The notes beneath the pieces are model-generated. The model searched no databases. It saw only the letters and a program-made list of their open reading frames with translations, and had not been told where the DNA came from. A stretch of 64,000 nucleotides of DNA from Bdellovibrionales bacterium (GTDB lineage Bacteria; Bdellovibrionota; Bdellovibrionia; Bdellovibrionales; JAUICD01). Below, one piece after another: positions 31,768-41,629 of the stretch; position 1 is the first letter of the stretch, and the number at the start of each line of letters is the position of its first letter. The stretch spans positions 384,001 to 448,000 of the forward strand of contig OZ241865.1 in assembly GCA_965203275.1 (NCBI GenBank), given 5' to 3'. The translations under genes were made by a program, and so were the position numbers.

Positions 31768-32406
31768 ATGAAATACCATGCCATTTTTAAAATATTTAAC
31801 ATGCATATTATAGACTTGATAAATCTTTGTCTTAATAAATTAAATGCATCTTTTGTAATGATTTCATTCATTTGTCTTGCCTTCCAACATGTTGCTTCAT
31901 GCAAGCAAAAGATAAACTATAAAATATTCTGTCTCTATTTTTTATGTAGTGTTTTCTGTTCAAATGTATTAGCTCAAATAACTGATCCTTGGCAACTCAA
32001 TCATAAAAACAACAATGTATGGGTTTGGAATTTAACTGGTCAAAGGCAAGTGATGGGAACTTTTCAATCTCAAAATAGAATCAAACCAATAGACTGGAAT
32101 AAAATCAAATCTAAAGATTTTTTCTTAAGTTTAAAACGTGACAAGCAGAAAATGTTAGGTCTGTTAGGCATAACTCATTGGACTGTGAATACTTCTCAAT
32201 GGAAGAAAAGGTCAGATCATTATGAATTGACTCTAAGAGGATCCTATAAAAGTACCAATGGACAGCATATTCGTTTTTATGAAGTGCATTTATTTTATGC
32301 ATCAAAAACACAGCAAATTTTAGTCTCTCACCCTCAGGAAGTACCTATAAAAAGGCATCTTGCTAGTCAATTTATAAACAAAGCAAAAAGGATGCTTTCT
32401 CAATGA
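31768..32406 (+). CDS. Hypothetical protein, probably secreted; true start uncertain
   Basis: Internal signal-like segment ending in VLA; stop overlaps the start of the next gene. Confidence 0.55.
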   Translation: MKYHAIFKIFNMHIIDLINLCLNKLNASFVMISFICLAFQHVASCKQKINYKIFCLYFLCSVFCSNVLAQITDPWQLNHKNNNVWVWNLTGQRQVMGTFQSQNRIKPIDWNKIKSKDFFLSLKRDKQKMLGLLGITHWTVNTSQWKKRSDHYELTLRGSYKSTNGQHIRFYEVHLFYASKTQQILVSHPQEVPIKRHLASQFINKAKRMLSQ

Positions 32407-34970
32407 AAAATATTTTAACTTCCATTTATATACTGCTTTTGTCCATATTGCTTTTTTCAAAAGCTGTTGCACAGGAAGCACCTTCTACTGAAGAAATTAT
32501 TGAAAGTCTTAGATCTTCTCAAAGTGTGAGTTTTTCAATGCTCCCAATGATTCATGCCTACACAGATTTGTGTCTTCCTCGTAATGAGATCACCAATAAT
32601 CTTACAGATATTTGCGAAGCTGTGATAGCTAGTCCTATTTGTCAAAATGTAGAAGAAGACAAAAAAATGAACTGTCAAACTATGACAGAAAGACGTTCTT
32701 TATTTGGATCTGCGGTGAATATTTGGCATTTTCTGAGAGGTTGTTCAGAAGGTGTCTTTAGCTCTGTGCAAGCACTGCTGGGGTTTATATGGGATCAAAC
32801 AAAGAGCATAGTAGGACATATATCATCTTCAGAGGTGCGAGCTGAAACCTATCAACAGGCTTCTGAATACCTTGAGGGAGTGAATCTCTATTTACACACA
32901 GAATATTCAAAAGCTTATCAAGAAGCCTCTTTACCATTTAGAGAAACAAATGCATTAATGCGGATGAGTATGTCTATATCAAAACAGCTTTTAAGTCGTG
33001 TGATGGAGTTGATCTCACAAAAGTATCAAGAAATAGGCTGTCTTAATTTTGAAGCTAAGTCAAAAACTGTCTGTCAGTTTATTGGTGAGATATTTATACC
33101 TCCTGTAGGAGGTTTTGTATTACTAAAGCATGGGATCAAAGCTTCAGGAAGGTTTTCAAATATTGCTAAAGCTTTTGATAAATTAGATGATGTCACACAA
33201 CAAGCAAGAGGTTCTCACAATAGAAGGAGATTAAATGAGGCAAGACATGTTCTTGAAAGAGACCTTACTCCTCAGCAGAGACGTGCTGTCATAGAAGCCC
33301 ATGAAGTAGGTCAAAATGAGCCAGGAAAAGATGGAAGTCCTGCTAGAATAGGTAACTACACTCAAGCTCAGTTACGTCAAAAAGCACGTATTCTCAAAAA
33401 TCAAGGGTTTAATCAGAGAGAAATTCGTACTTTGATGGAAAACGGCATTGTTGGTTTATCTGCAGCAGAAATGCCTGGTTTTATAGGAATGGTTAGAAAT
33501 CTTTTTAGAAGAAATCCTTATTCCCCTCCCCCAGAGCTTCCTCCAGTAGCACCTAGAACTCCTCCAGTAGTAAATAGAGCTTTGGCTCCAAATACTCCAT
33601 TTGAACAGCAACGGCAGAGATATGAAAACTATGCAAGTTACTTTGATCCGACTCCTTCTAATCGTCCTCGATATAGGAGAGATGTAACTCCAACAATAGG
33701 ACAAGTAGTGGCTGTTCCTCGGTCTAGAGCTAGAGGAGGAGGACTTACAAATGGTACAATTCAAGAGATTCTTCCTGACGGTCGTGTGCGTGTGGAATTG
33801 TTGAATATGGGAGATGATCCCATGGAAATAACTATCATTGGACATAAAGATATTCATCCTCACTTGCTTCAAAGTCCTCTTAATTTAGATGTTCAAAGTA
33901 TAAAAATAAATGATGAGGTATCAATCCATAGATCAAATGGCGAAAGATCCAATGTGAATATTGTATCTATTGACAATGATAGAGCTTCTGTCACTTGGAC
34001 ATCAGCAAGTGGAAGACAATATATGAAGTCAGTTGATATACAAGATTTGGGCAGACCAATAAATAACGGCTATGATGTTGCAAGACAGAGAGGATTATTA
34101 CCTACAGAATCTATTAGAGTCAGAGGTGCAGATGATGTAAAAGTCGGGAAATTTTTCCAAGATCCAGATGGAAGACTTTTTACTGTTGCTAAAGTCACAG
34201 TCAATGGTGTTTCAAATCATCATATATTTTATAGGTCTAAATCACAAAGTGTTTTCAGATTGTTACCAGCTGTAAATAAAAGTGGACTTAGGCCAGGTTA
34301 TGATAAAGGGATAGACGAAAATGCCCTCACACTCCCCCACGAGATTCAAGCAGCGTTATCAGAAAGAGCAAGATCATTGGATAGAAGTCAAATAGACGAG
34401 ATGAAACCCATAGAATTAGACGGTATCGTAAGAGTTAATCACTCTTTTAAAGATCATTTAAATCAAGGAAAGGTGGGTGAAGACTTTCGCAGAGATACCA
34501 TTATAAATCCTGGTGTTGAAAGAAAGATTGCAGACTCAGTCAACCGATTTTTTGCAAATCCAAGAGATGTTCGCATTCAAGTAGAAGCAAATAGACCCAA
34601 TTATAGTCGCTCTACAAGTTCTTATAAATTAAACTCTCCAGTATATGGAGATGTCACAGCTTATGTTTATCCATCACGTAATGGTCAATTAGAATACACC
34701 TTATTAAAAGACGAAAGTAATAGAATTTGGTTTGCTGATGTTGGGTACAGAGGAAGTTCTTTATCATCACATGGGTTAAGGGAAGATGCTATTAATGCAG
34801 AAGAACTCACAATGCCTTTGTGGGAGTATTCAAAGCAAATACCAGACGGTTATAATAATAGAAAAAATGAGCGACGTGAACGTGATTATGTGAGTAGCTG
34901 GAGTTATATTCGAGAAATGCCAGAGATTCAAAGATGGTATAGAGAAAATAATATGCCCATTCCTGAATAA
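32403..34970 (+). CDS. 855-aa secreted multidomain protein (effector/polymorphic-toxin-like layout)
   Basis: Signal peptide, Cys-containing helical N-region, Pro-rich linker, two SH3/Tudor-like segments, distinct C-terminal domain. Confidence 0.7.
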   Translation: MKNILTSIYILLLSILLFSKAVAQEAPSTEEIIESLRSSQSVSFSMLPMIHAYTDLCLPRNEITNNLTDICEAVIASPICQNVEEDKKMNCQTMTERRSLFGSAVNIWHFLRGCSEGVFSSVQALLGFIWDQTKSIVGHISSSEVRAETYQQASEYLEGVNLYLHTEYSKAYQEASLPFRETNALMRMSMSISKQLLSRVMELISQKYQEIGCLNFEAKSKTVCQFIGEIFIPPVGGFVLLKHGIKASGRFSNIAKAFDKLDDVTQQARGSHNRRRLNEARHVLERDLTPQQRRAVIEAHEVGQNEPGKDGSPARIGNYTQAQLRQKARILKNQGFNQREIRTLMENGIVGLSAAEMPGFIGMVRNLFRRNPYSPPPELPPVAPRTPPVVNRALAPNTPFEQQRQRYENYASYFDPTPSNRPRYRRDVTPTIGQVVAVPRSRARGGGLTNGTIQEILPDGRVRVELLNMGDDPMEITIIGHKDIHPHLLQSPLNLDVQSIKINDEVSIHRSNGERSNVNIVSIDNDRASVTWTSASGRQYMKSVDIQDLGRPINNGYDVARQRGLLPTESIRVRGADDVKVGKFFQDPDGRLFTVAKVTVNGVSNHHIFYRSKSQSVFRLLPAVNKSGLRPGYDKGIDENALTLPHEIQAALSERARSLDRSQIDEMKPIELDGIVRVNHSFKDHLNQGKVGEDFRRDTIINPGVERKIADSVNRFFANPRDVRIQVEANRPNYSRSTSSYKLNSPVYGDVTAYVYPSRNGQLEYTLLKDESNRIWFADVGYRGSSLSSHGLREDAINAEELTMPLWEYSKQIPDGYNNRKNERRERDYVSSWSYIREMPEIQRWYRENNMPIPE

Positions 34971-34976
34971 CATTTT

Positions 34977-35749
34977 TTCACTAAAAGTGGTCTAGCCTCT
35001 GGCTACTTTCTGGCAATGACCGCAATGGCTTTCGCCATTGGCAAAATGGTCATTGCCTAGAAAGCCTGACCACTTTTAGTAATGAGGATCCATTTCTCAT
35101 TTAACACCATGTTAAGGAAAAAGTTCCTTCATCGCAACTCGCATGCTCCCTAAAAACATTTGAGAAGCATACCTTGTTTCCCTAACATGGTGTCAGAAGC
35201 AAGGAGATCCGCTCTACTCAAAATGAGCAGATTTTTGAGGCATTGCTCTGACAGCTTACGCTGTCCAAAAAGAGCAATACCTCAAAAATCCGTTTATTTT
35301 TAGTAGGAAGGATCCTTTCCTTTTTTAACACAATATTAAGGAAAAAGTTCCTTCTTAAATGCTGGCAACCTCAAAAGTCCGTTTACTTTTAGTAGGGAGG
35401 ATCTCTTCGTTTTTTTACACAATGTTAAGGAAAATATCCTTCTAATAACAGTTAGCCCTACGGCTACCGCCGTCATCAAAGGCTAACTGCCTAGAAAATC
35501 CATTTATTTTGAGTAGGGGAGGATCCTTTTATTTCTTTACACTATGTTAAGGAAAAATTTCTTTTATTGCCTTAAGAGCAAACAAGCATACAAATGAAAC
35601 TCTTTTTCCTTAACATGTGGTTAAGAGACGATGAGATCCTTCCTACTAAAAGTGGTCAAGCTTTCTAGGCAATGACCATTTTGCCAATGGCGAAAGCCAT
35701 TGCGGTCATTGCCAGAAAGTAGCCAGAGGCTAGACCACTTTTAGTGAAA
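34977..35749. repeat. Mosaic structured-repeat array E bounded by ~100-bp near-perfect inverted copies
   Basis: 34978-35080 is the reverse complement of about 35645-35747 with one mismatch; fills the gap between two convergent stops. Confidence 0.92.
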
Positions 35750-36178
35750 TTAACCGAGATTGGATCTGATTGTCTTAAAAAAAGTCACTTGATTACCTTT
35801 CTGAGACCCTGAATATTCAATGCGATCACTTAAATTTTTAACAAGGTGGATACCCATCCCTCCCCCTGACCTGTCTTCTATATTCCCTTCAGGAAGCTCA
35901 GGTGCTTGCCTTAGTAAATTAAAGGGTGGGGCAAAATCGTGAACACTAACCTTGATCTGTCCATCTTGAATACAAGCAACAATAGTCACTGGCCCCTTAG
36001 GATTACCATAAGAAAAAGAATTTAATACAAGCTCTTCTAATGAAACCTCTAAATCAAAAAGACTTTTAGGATTGACATTGTTTTTTTCACAAAAAGAATG
36101 AAATCCTTCAGCACACTTTGGAAATTCTTTTTCAAAATTGTTTAAAATAGATTTGAATTCTAATACACTCATAATCAA
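35750..36178 (-). CDS. RsbW/SpoIIAB-like anti-sigma factor (HATPase_c_2)
   Basis: LEELVLNSFSYG, V.D..PPFN and GGMGIHLVKNLSD motifs. Confidence 0.88.
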   Translation of the reverse strand: MIMSVLEFKSILNNFEKEFPKCAEGFHSFCEKNNVNPKSLFDLEVSLEELVLNSFSYGNPKGPVTIVACIQDGQIKVSVHDFAPPFNLLRQAPELPEGNIEDRSGGGMGIHLVKNLSDRIEYSGSQKGNQVTFFKTIRSNLG

Positions 36179-36529
36179 GCCATTTTTTTAATCATCATGT
36201 TTTCATCATATTGAAGATTTAGCTAGCATATATAGTGTGACACAAAAAGAAACAAGAGTCAAAGACGAAACAAACCACTCTACAATAGTCAGTTTGATAA
36301 AAAAATTATAAAAAAATATAAAAATAAATTTGACCTTTAAGAGGATATATTAAATTTTTAAGTAATTATAGTGGGTTATAAAATTTTTCATATAAAGCCC
36401 TTTGACTTGGCACGAAAAATAAACTATTTTTTAGTCCTGAGAAAGATGATACATTAAATATTTCACACCTTGTAATGTATCATCTTGAGTCAGTATTTAT
36501 GTTCAATCAACCTAAACAAAGAGGTAAAT

Positions 36530-37075
36530 ATGATTCTAAACTTAGTATCAGTTTTCAATTATTCAGTACTTAGGTGCTGTTTTATTTTTTGTTTTATATA
36601 TTGTTATTTTAATTATCCACAGACTGTACTGGCATTTAGCCCTCAGCTAGCTCAAGCACAACCAGTACAACCAACACAGCCAACACAGAGATCATCTGTG
36701 GTGTGCTATCATTCTCAAGACTTATTAGAAATAGAAATTGGCAAGGAGGCAGACTTTTCTACTCCAGAAGATCCTGTCTTTCAGTTTTATGCAAGAATGA
36801 CTAGTCTTCAAGTAGATCCAAGTCGCTTAACTTATACTTGGAGAGTTCATTCCCCTGAAGGTTCTGTTATTTCTCCACAACCTATTGCATCCCCGCGATT
36901 GGTACTTAATCCAGATGTGTTTGGTACTTATGAGATCACTTTGATCTTACAAGATTCTTCTCAAAATTGTCGGTACTCTGTTTATATCTTTCAATATCCT
37001 GAAATGGATCAAGAAGACATTCAAATTCTTACAAGTATTCATGCACATTTTTTAGACAATCATTGGACATTTTAA
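36530..37075 (+). CDS. Secreted PKD-like domain protein
   Basis: Signal peptide; LTYTW...SPEGS and PDVFGTYEITL. Confidence 0.6.
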   Translation: MILNLVSVFNYSVLRCCFIFCFIYCYFNYPQTVLAFSPQLAQAQPVQPTQPTQRSSVVCYHSQDLLEIEIGKEADFSTPEDPVFQFYARMTSLQVDPSRLTYTWRVHSPEGSVISPQPIASPRLVLNPDVFGTYEITLILQDSSQNCRYSVYIFQYPEMDQEDIQILTSIHAHFLDNHWTF

Positions 37076-37090
37076 GATGAAAACAAAGGA

Positions 37091-38326
37091 TTGACTGTGG
37101 ATTTTTCTTACATTCAAGAGCAGTTTCCTATTTTAAAACGCAAAATCAATGGTCAACCTTTGGTCTATCTTGACAGCGGAGCTTCTAGTTTAAAACCAAG
37201 GATTGTTGTGGATCGCATCAATCAATATTATTTAATGGGGGCTTCTAATGTGCATCGAGGGCTACATTATTTAAGTGACCAAGCTACGAGTGATTATGAA
37301 AATGCTAGATCGACTGTAGCTAGCTTTTTAAATGCCTCCTCCCATGAAAGAATTATTTTCACACGGGGTACCACAGAAAGCCTTAATCTTATTGCCTCTT
37401 GTTTAGGGGAAGTCATCTTAGAACCAGGGGATGAAATCTTGATCACAGAGATGGAACATCATTCGAATATTGTGCCTTGGCAAGTATTAGCCCACAAGAA
37501 AAAATGCACTGTAAAATTTGTACCGGTCAATAAATACGGCACTTTGGATTTATTAGAAGTGGAAAAGTTATTAAGTCATAAAACCAAAATTTTTGCATTT
37601 ACTTTTATCTCCAATGCATTAGGCATAGAAAATCCTGTGCAGTCTTTAACTCAAATGGGTCATGCCGTAGGAGCTAAAGTTGTTGTAGATGCTGCCCAAG
37701 CCTTAGCTCATACTCCAATAAATATGCAAGAATTAGCTTGTGATTTTTTAGTGGGTTCTGCCCATAAAGTGTTTGGACCCACAGGTGTAGGGTTTTTATG
37801 TGGCTCTCAAGAACTATTAGAAAAAATGCCTCCTTATCAATATGGAGGAGGGATGATCTCACAAGTGAGCAAAGAACAAACGACGTATGCAGAAATGCCT
37901 CAAAAATTTGAAGCAGGAACACCTCATATTGCAGGTGTGATTGGGTTTTCTGAAGCTTTAAAGTTTCTTCAGAAATTTTCTTATTCTGCTGTGATGCAAC
38001 ATGAACAGACCTTAATTCAACAAACCTTAAATGGGTTAAAAGATATAAAAGGTGCTTGCTTGATTGGACAACCAGAGGCTGTAGGTGCTATCAGAAAATC
38101 TGCTATTTCTTTTATTGTAGAAGGTTGTCATCATCAGGATTTGGGGCAAATATTAAATAATTATGGAATAGCTGTGAGGGCAGGGCATCATTGCTGTCAG
38201 CCATTGATGGCAAGGTTTCAATTAGATGGGACTCTCCGAGTGTCTTTTAGTTTGTACAATACTTTAAAGGATGTTCAGTATTTCTTAGAATCTCTTCAAA
38301 AATCCATTCAACTTTTGCACGTTTAA
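37091..38326 (+). CDS. sufS: Cysteine desulfurase (SufS/CsdA class)
   Basis: LVYLDSGAS, NVHRG, MEHHSN, SAHKVFGPTG, FEAGTP and VRAGHHC motifs. Confidence 0.93.
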   Translation: MTVDFSYIQEQFPILKRKINGQPLVYLDSGASSLKPRIVVDRINQYYLMGASNVHRGLHYLSDQATSDYENARSTVASFLNASSHERIIFTRGTTESLNLIASCLGEVILEPGDEILITEMEHHSNIVPWQVLAHKKKCTVKFVPVNKYGTLDLLEVEKLLSHKTKIFAFTFISNALGIENPVQSLTQMGHAVGAKVVVDAAQALAHTPINMQELACDFLVGSAHKVFGPTGVGFLCGSQELLEKMPPYQYGGGMISQVSKEQTTYAEMPQKFEAGTPHIAGVIGFSEALKFLQKFSYSAVMQHEQTLIQQTLNGLKDIKGACLIGQPEAVGAIRKSAISFIVEGCHHQDLGQILNNYGIAVRAGHHCCQPLMARFQLDGTLRVSFSLYNTLKDVQYFLESLQKSIQLLHV

Positions 38327-38516
38327 GATTTTGATATATTTATGTCTAATTTTGAGTCATTTTTTAAAAAAAATATTATTTTTTTTCACAATTTATCAAA
38401 AAATCTAAGCTTATTTACTGTAAAAGCCGATAAAGAAAATGAGGTTATAGGTTCATAAGAACCTATCTGGTCTATTTACATCAATAATAAATTATTTTTT
38501 AAAAAGGAGTTTTATT

Positions 38517-38726
38517 ATGACAATAGAATTAGTGATTTTATTAACACTAACAGCCTTTATTTATGGACCTATAACAATGGGAGAGGGTGGCCTTATAGGA
38601 AAAACTTTTAAAAGTGCTGGTCCCCATTTAGGAGGACGCATTGAAAGGCAGTTAGATACAGCAGCAGGTTTCCAGGAAATAGCAACTGGTAACATTGACA
38701 ATCCATTGAGTTGGAGTGATCGGTAA
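38517..38726 (+). CDS. Small pilin-like protein at the head of the Tad cluster
   Basis: TIE followed by a hydrophobic helix; gene context. Confidence 0.55.
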   Translation: MTIELVILLTLTAFIYGPITMGEGGLIGKTFKSAGPHLGGRIERQLDTAAGFQEIATGNIDNPLSWSDR

Positions 38727-38727
38727 T

Positions 38728-39234
38728 ATGTTGATAGAAGTTTTTACTTTATTTCTATTACCTACTTTAATCCTAGTGATTGGCGTGATAGATGATATTT
38801 GGCATCGCAAATTTCATAACTGGCTTTTTTTGTCTTTGCTAGCTTTCAGTATACCTATTGTAGCTGTAACTGGTGGGGTTAGTGGTTTAATAACTGGATT
38901 TTATGGCTTTCTAGTAGCCTTTGCTTTAGGCTTTCCACTTTTTTTATTAGGTGTTATCAGAGCTGGTGATGTGAAGCTTCTGATGGTCTTTGCTATGACC
39001 ACAAGCGGACATGTTGTCTTCAATGTGATGCTCCTTGCTATTTTATGGGGAGGAGTGATGGGTTTGATGCACTCTGTGATCTCTGGTGGTTTTTTCAAAA
39101 TTTTTAATAATCTTACGTTATTACTGATTTATCATCTTAAGCCAGAGAAGAGTTCTCTACATGTGATTCCTTACACTGTGCCTATTTGTTTGGCATGGTC
39201 GACACATATATCCATGATGGAGGTGGCCAAATGA
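38728..39234 (+). CDS. cpaA: Prepilin peptidase, A24 family (CpaA/TadV)
   Basis: D....K..N, AGDVKL and IPY motifs; multi-TM. Confidence 0.85.
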   Translation: MLIEVFTLFLLPTLILVIGVIDDIWHRKFHNWLFLSLLAFSIPIVAVTGGVSGLITGFYGFLVAFALGFPLFLLGVIRAGDVKLLMVFAMTTSGHVVFNVMLLAILWGGVMGLMHSVISGGFFKIFNNLTLLLIYHLKPEKSSLHVIPYTVPICLAWSTHISMMEVAK

Positions 39235-39536
39235 TATTTAAAAGACTTTTTATGTATAAAAGAGTGCAGCAAAAGCAATGTAGATTTTTATTACAGAGGA
39301 CAGGTCAAGTGACAGTGGAACTCATTTTACTTTTGGTGATCTTTGTAGGCATCGCTGGAATTATTCGAGGTGCAATTGGAGATACAGCTGAAAATTTGAT
39401 TAAAGCACCGTGGGAAAAAGGTATCCGTGGCATGATAGAAAGTGGTAACTGGGGTACAAGAGATGAAGCGAAAAAGATGCATCCAGGAATAGTTGATGAT
39501 AGAAAAGTCTCTATAAAAGGAGAAAAGATTCAATGA
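39231..39536 (+). CDS. Pilin/pseudopilin-like protein
   Basis: GQVTVELILL class III signal; ATGA coupling to cpaA. Confidence 0.7.
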   Translation: MIFKRLFMYKRVQQKQCRFLLQRTGQVTVELILLLVIFVGIAGIIRGAIGDTAENLIKAPWEKGIRGMIESGNWGTRDEAKKMHPGIVDDRKVSIKGEKIQ

Positions 39537-40108
39537 AAAGTTTAAAAAACCAAAAAGGTGTTTTGGCATTTGATTTTCTTTTTGGATTTATGTTTATGGC
39601 AAGCTTTTTTATGTTGATTGTGATCTTGAGTTTCACTCTATCTGCTGTTGAAGTTCTGCAATACATTGCCTTTGCCACATCTCGCAGTTATGTGGCCTCT
39701 GATGTAAGTGAAGGTAAACAAAAAAAAGCAGCAAGGGATAAATATGAATATTTAATAAATGGAGGTATTTTTAAAATGAAACCAGAATGGTTTAACCTGC
39801 CAGACAAAGACGATAACAAGCTTATTTCTAATAACAAAAAAGTAGGAGATAGAGGGATAGGCACTTATATAGAATTCAATGCTAAAATATTATCAGTTGA
39901 TTTGCCATTTTTAGGGGATACAACATCAGGCAATTTTATATCCAGTGTCAACTCGTATATTGGCAGAGAACCTCCCATGAATAAATGTCAAGAGTTTGTC
40001 CGGAACCGTCCTGATCTTATTATGGAAATGGATAATGGTGATATGTACAAAGCATATCAAAGTGAAATGAAGAAGTTCTCAGCACCTATATGGGATAATG
40101 GATGCTAA
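39533..40108 (+). CDS. TadE-like pseudopilin
   Basis: NQKG-VLAFDF followed by a TM helix and AF.TSR. Confidence 0.65.
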   Translation: MKSLKNQKGVLAFDFLFGFMFMASFFMLIVILSFTLSAVEVLQYIAFATSRSYVASDVSEGKQKKAARDKYEYLINGGIFKMKPEWFNLPDKDDNKLISNNKKVGDRGIGTYIEFNAKILSVDLPFLGDTTSGNFISSVNSYIGREPPMNKCQEFVRNRPDLIMEMDNGDMYKAYQSEMKKFSAPIWDNGC

Positions 40109-40656
40109 TGAAAAATTTAAAATATATATTTTATAATAAAACAATAAGAGCTAGCCAGAAACTGGCCAGCCAGAGACTGGCCAGCCAGAAACTGACTAGT
40201 CAGAAAGGCTTTGCTTCTATAGAAGCTATATTATCTATTACAATTTTTTTGATTATGTTGAGTTTTAGTTTAGGTTTTTTTGGAATAGTGCATTCAGGGA
40301 TTGTCAACTCTATTGCTGCTCGTAATTATGCATTTGATACATTTAATAATCGTACTTACTTAACATATCACAGAGATACACTGGATACTCTGATTTCTAA
40401 TCAAAAAAATGGATTTAGATTACACCTTATTACAACAGATGAAGATGACAATCCAAATTCAAAGTTTATAGTGACAAAAAGACAGATTGCTTTTCCACCT
40501 AAAAAAAATACTACTTCAAATGCTGATCACAGAAAAATGGTAGAAGATGCAAAGAATAATAATGATAAAAAAAATATTACAGATTATAAATTTGACCCTG
40601 TGTGGATTAAAGCAGGTTATGGGATATGTTTGAATGCATCCTGTAAACCAAACTAG
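40102..40656 (+). CDS. TadE-like pseudopilin
   Basis: QKGFASIEA, TM helix and AARNYA; a 15-bp repeat gives ASQKL-like x3 in the leader. Confidence 0.7.
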   Translation: MLMKNLKYIFYNKTIRASQKLASQRLASQKLTSQKGFASIEAILSITIFLIMLSFSLGFFGIVHSGIVNSIAARNYAFDTFNNRTYLTYHRDTLDTLISNQKNGFRLHLITTDEDDNPNSKFIVTKRQIAFPPKKNTTSNADHRKMVEDAKNNNDKKNITDYKFDPVWIKAGYGICLNASCKPN

Positions 40657-40777
40657 ATAGTTATTAAAAGTAAAGAAATGATAAAAAGTAATGCATATAT
40701 CCTAAGTCTATATAAAAAAATTCTTTGCGAGAGAGCAAAGCTAAAAAATAAAGCAACATGGTCATAAAAAGGAGTTA

Positions 40778-41629
40778 ATGATGAATTCAAATCCAACTAG
40801 AACATTAGCCGTCTCATTAGGGGCAGGTATATTTGCTATGTTTCTTGTGTATAGTTATTCACAAGAGAAAAAAGCAGAATATGATAAACTCTATGGTGTC
40901 ACAAAGCGTGTGGTGGTAGCTACAACAGAAATTTTAGAGATGCAAACCATTGATGATAGCATGATAGAGTATAGAGAAATCCCTGTTCACTTTATACAGC
41001 CAGGAGCGATCACCAATCCAGAGGACGCTATTAACACCATTGCTTCTGCCCCTATTCAGAAAGGAGAACAAATCCTCACTACAAAACTGCTTGCTCCAGG
41101 ACCTGTCACAGGACTTTCTAGTCAAATTGCACCTAATAAGAGGGCTGTGACAATTTCTATAGATGAAGTGCGAGGTGTTGCTAAACTTTTAAGACCAGGC
41201 GATCGTGTTGATATACTAGCGTCTTTATCCAGCGGTACATCCACAAACCGCAAGGTAGAAGTCAAAACTATTATGCAAGATATTGTGATTTTAGCTACAG
41301 GGATCAATATCACAAATAACATTCCCCGTTCAGCAGAAGTGGAAGGGGATCAAGTCGTAGGCTATAGAAACCTCAATGGAGATATTTCTTTTAAAACCAT
41401 TACATTAGAGGTCAGTCCTAAGGAAGCCCAAGATTTAGTATTTTTACAAATAGCTTCACCTGGAGGCATTTATCTCACACTTCGCAACACTATTGATCGC
41501 TCAAGCTCAAAATCACCTACAAGTACAATGAATTCTCTTTTGGGAAGAATTGCCACAACAACAAAGGTCAGACAACAAGCATTTAATCCTGCTAACTTAC
41601 CTCCACCCATTCAAAAACAAGGGCGGTAA
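40778..41629 (+). CDS. cpaB: Flp pilus assembly protein CpaB/RcpC
   Basis: SAF-like VVVA...I, RAVTI, GVAKLLRPGDRVDIL and TITLEVSP motifs. Confidence 0.9.
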   Translation: MMNSNPTRTLAVSLGAGIFAMFLVYSYSQEKKAEYDKLYGVTKRVVVATTEILEMQTIDDSMIEYREIPVHFIQPGAITNPEDAINTIASAPIQKGEQILTTKLLAPGPVTGLSSQIAPNKRAVTISIDEVRGVAKLLRPGDRVDILASLSSGTSTNRKVEVKTIMQDIVILATGINITNNIPRSAEVEGDQVVGYRNLNGDISFKTITLEVSPKEAQDLVFLQIASPGGIYLTLRNTIDRSSSKSPTSTMNSLLGRIATTTKVRQQAFNPANLPPPIQKQGR

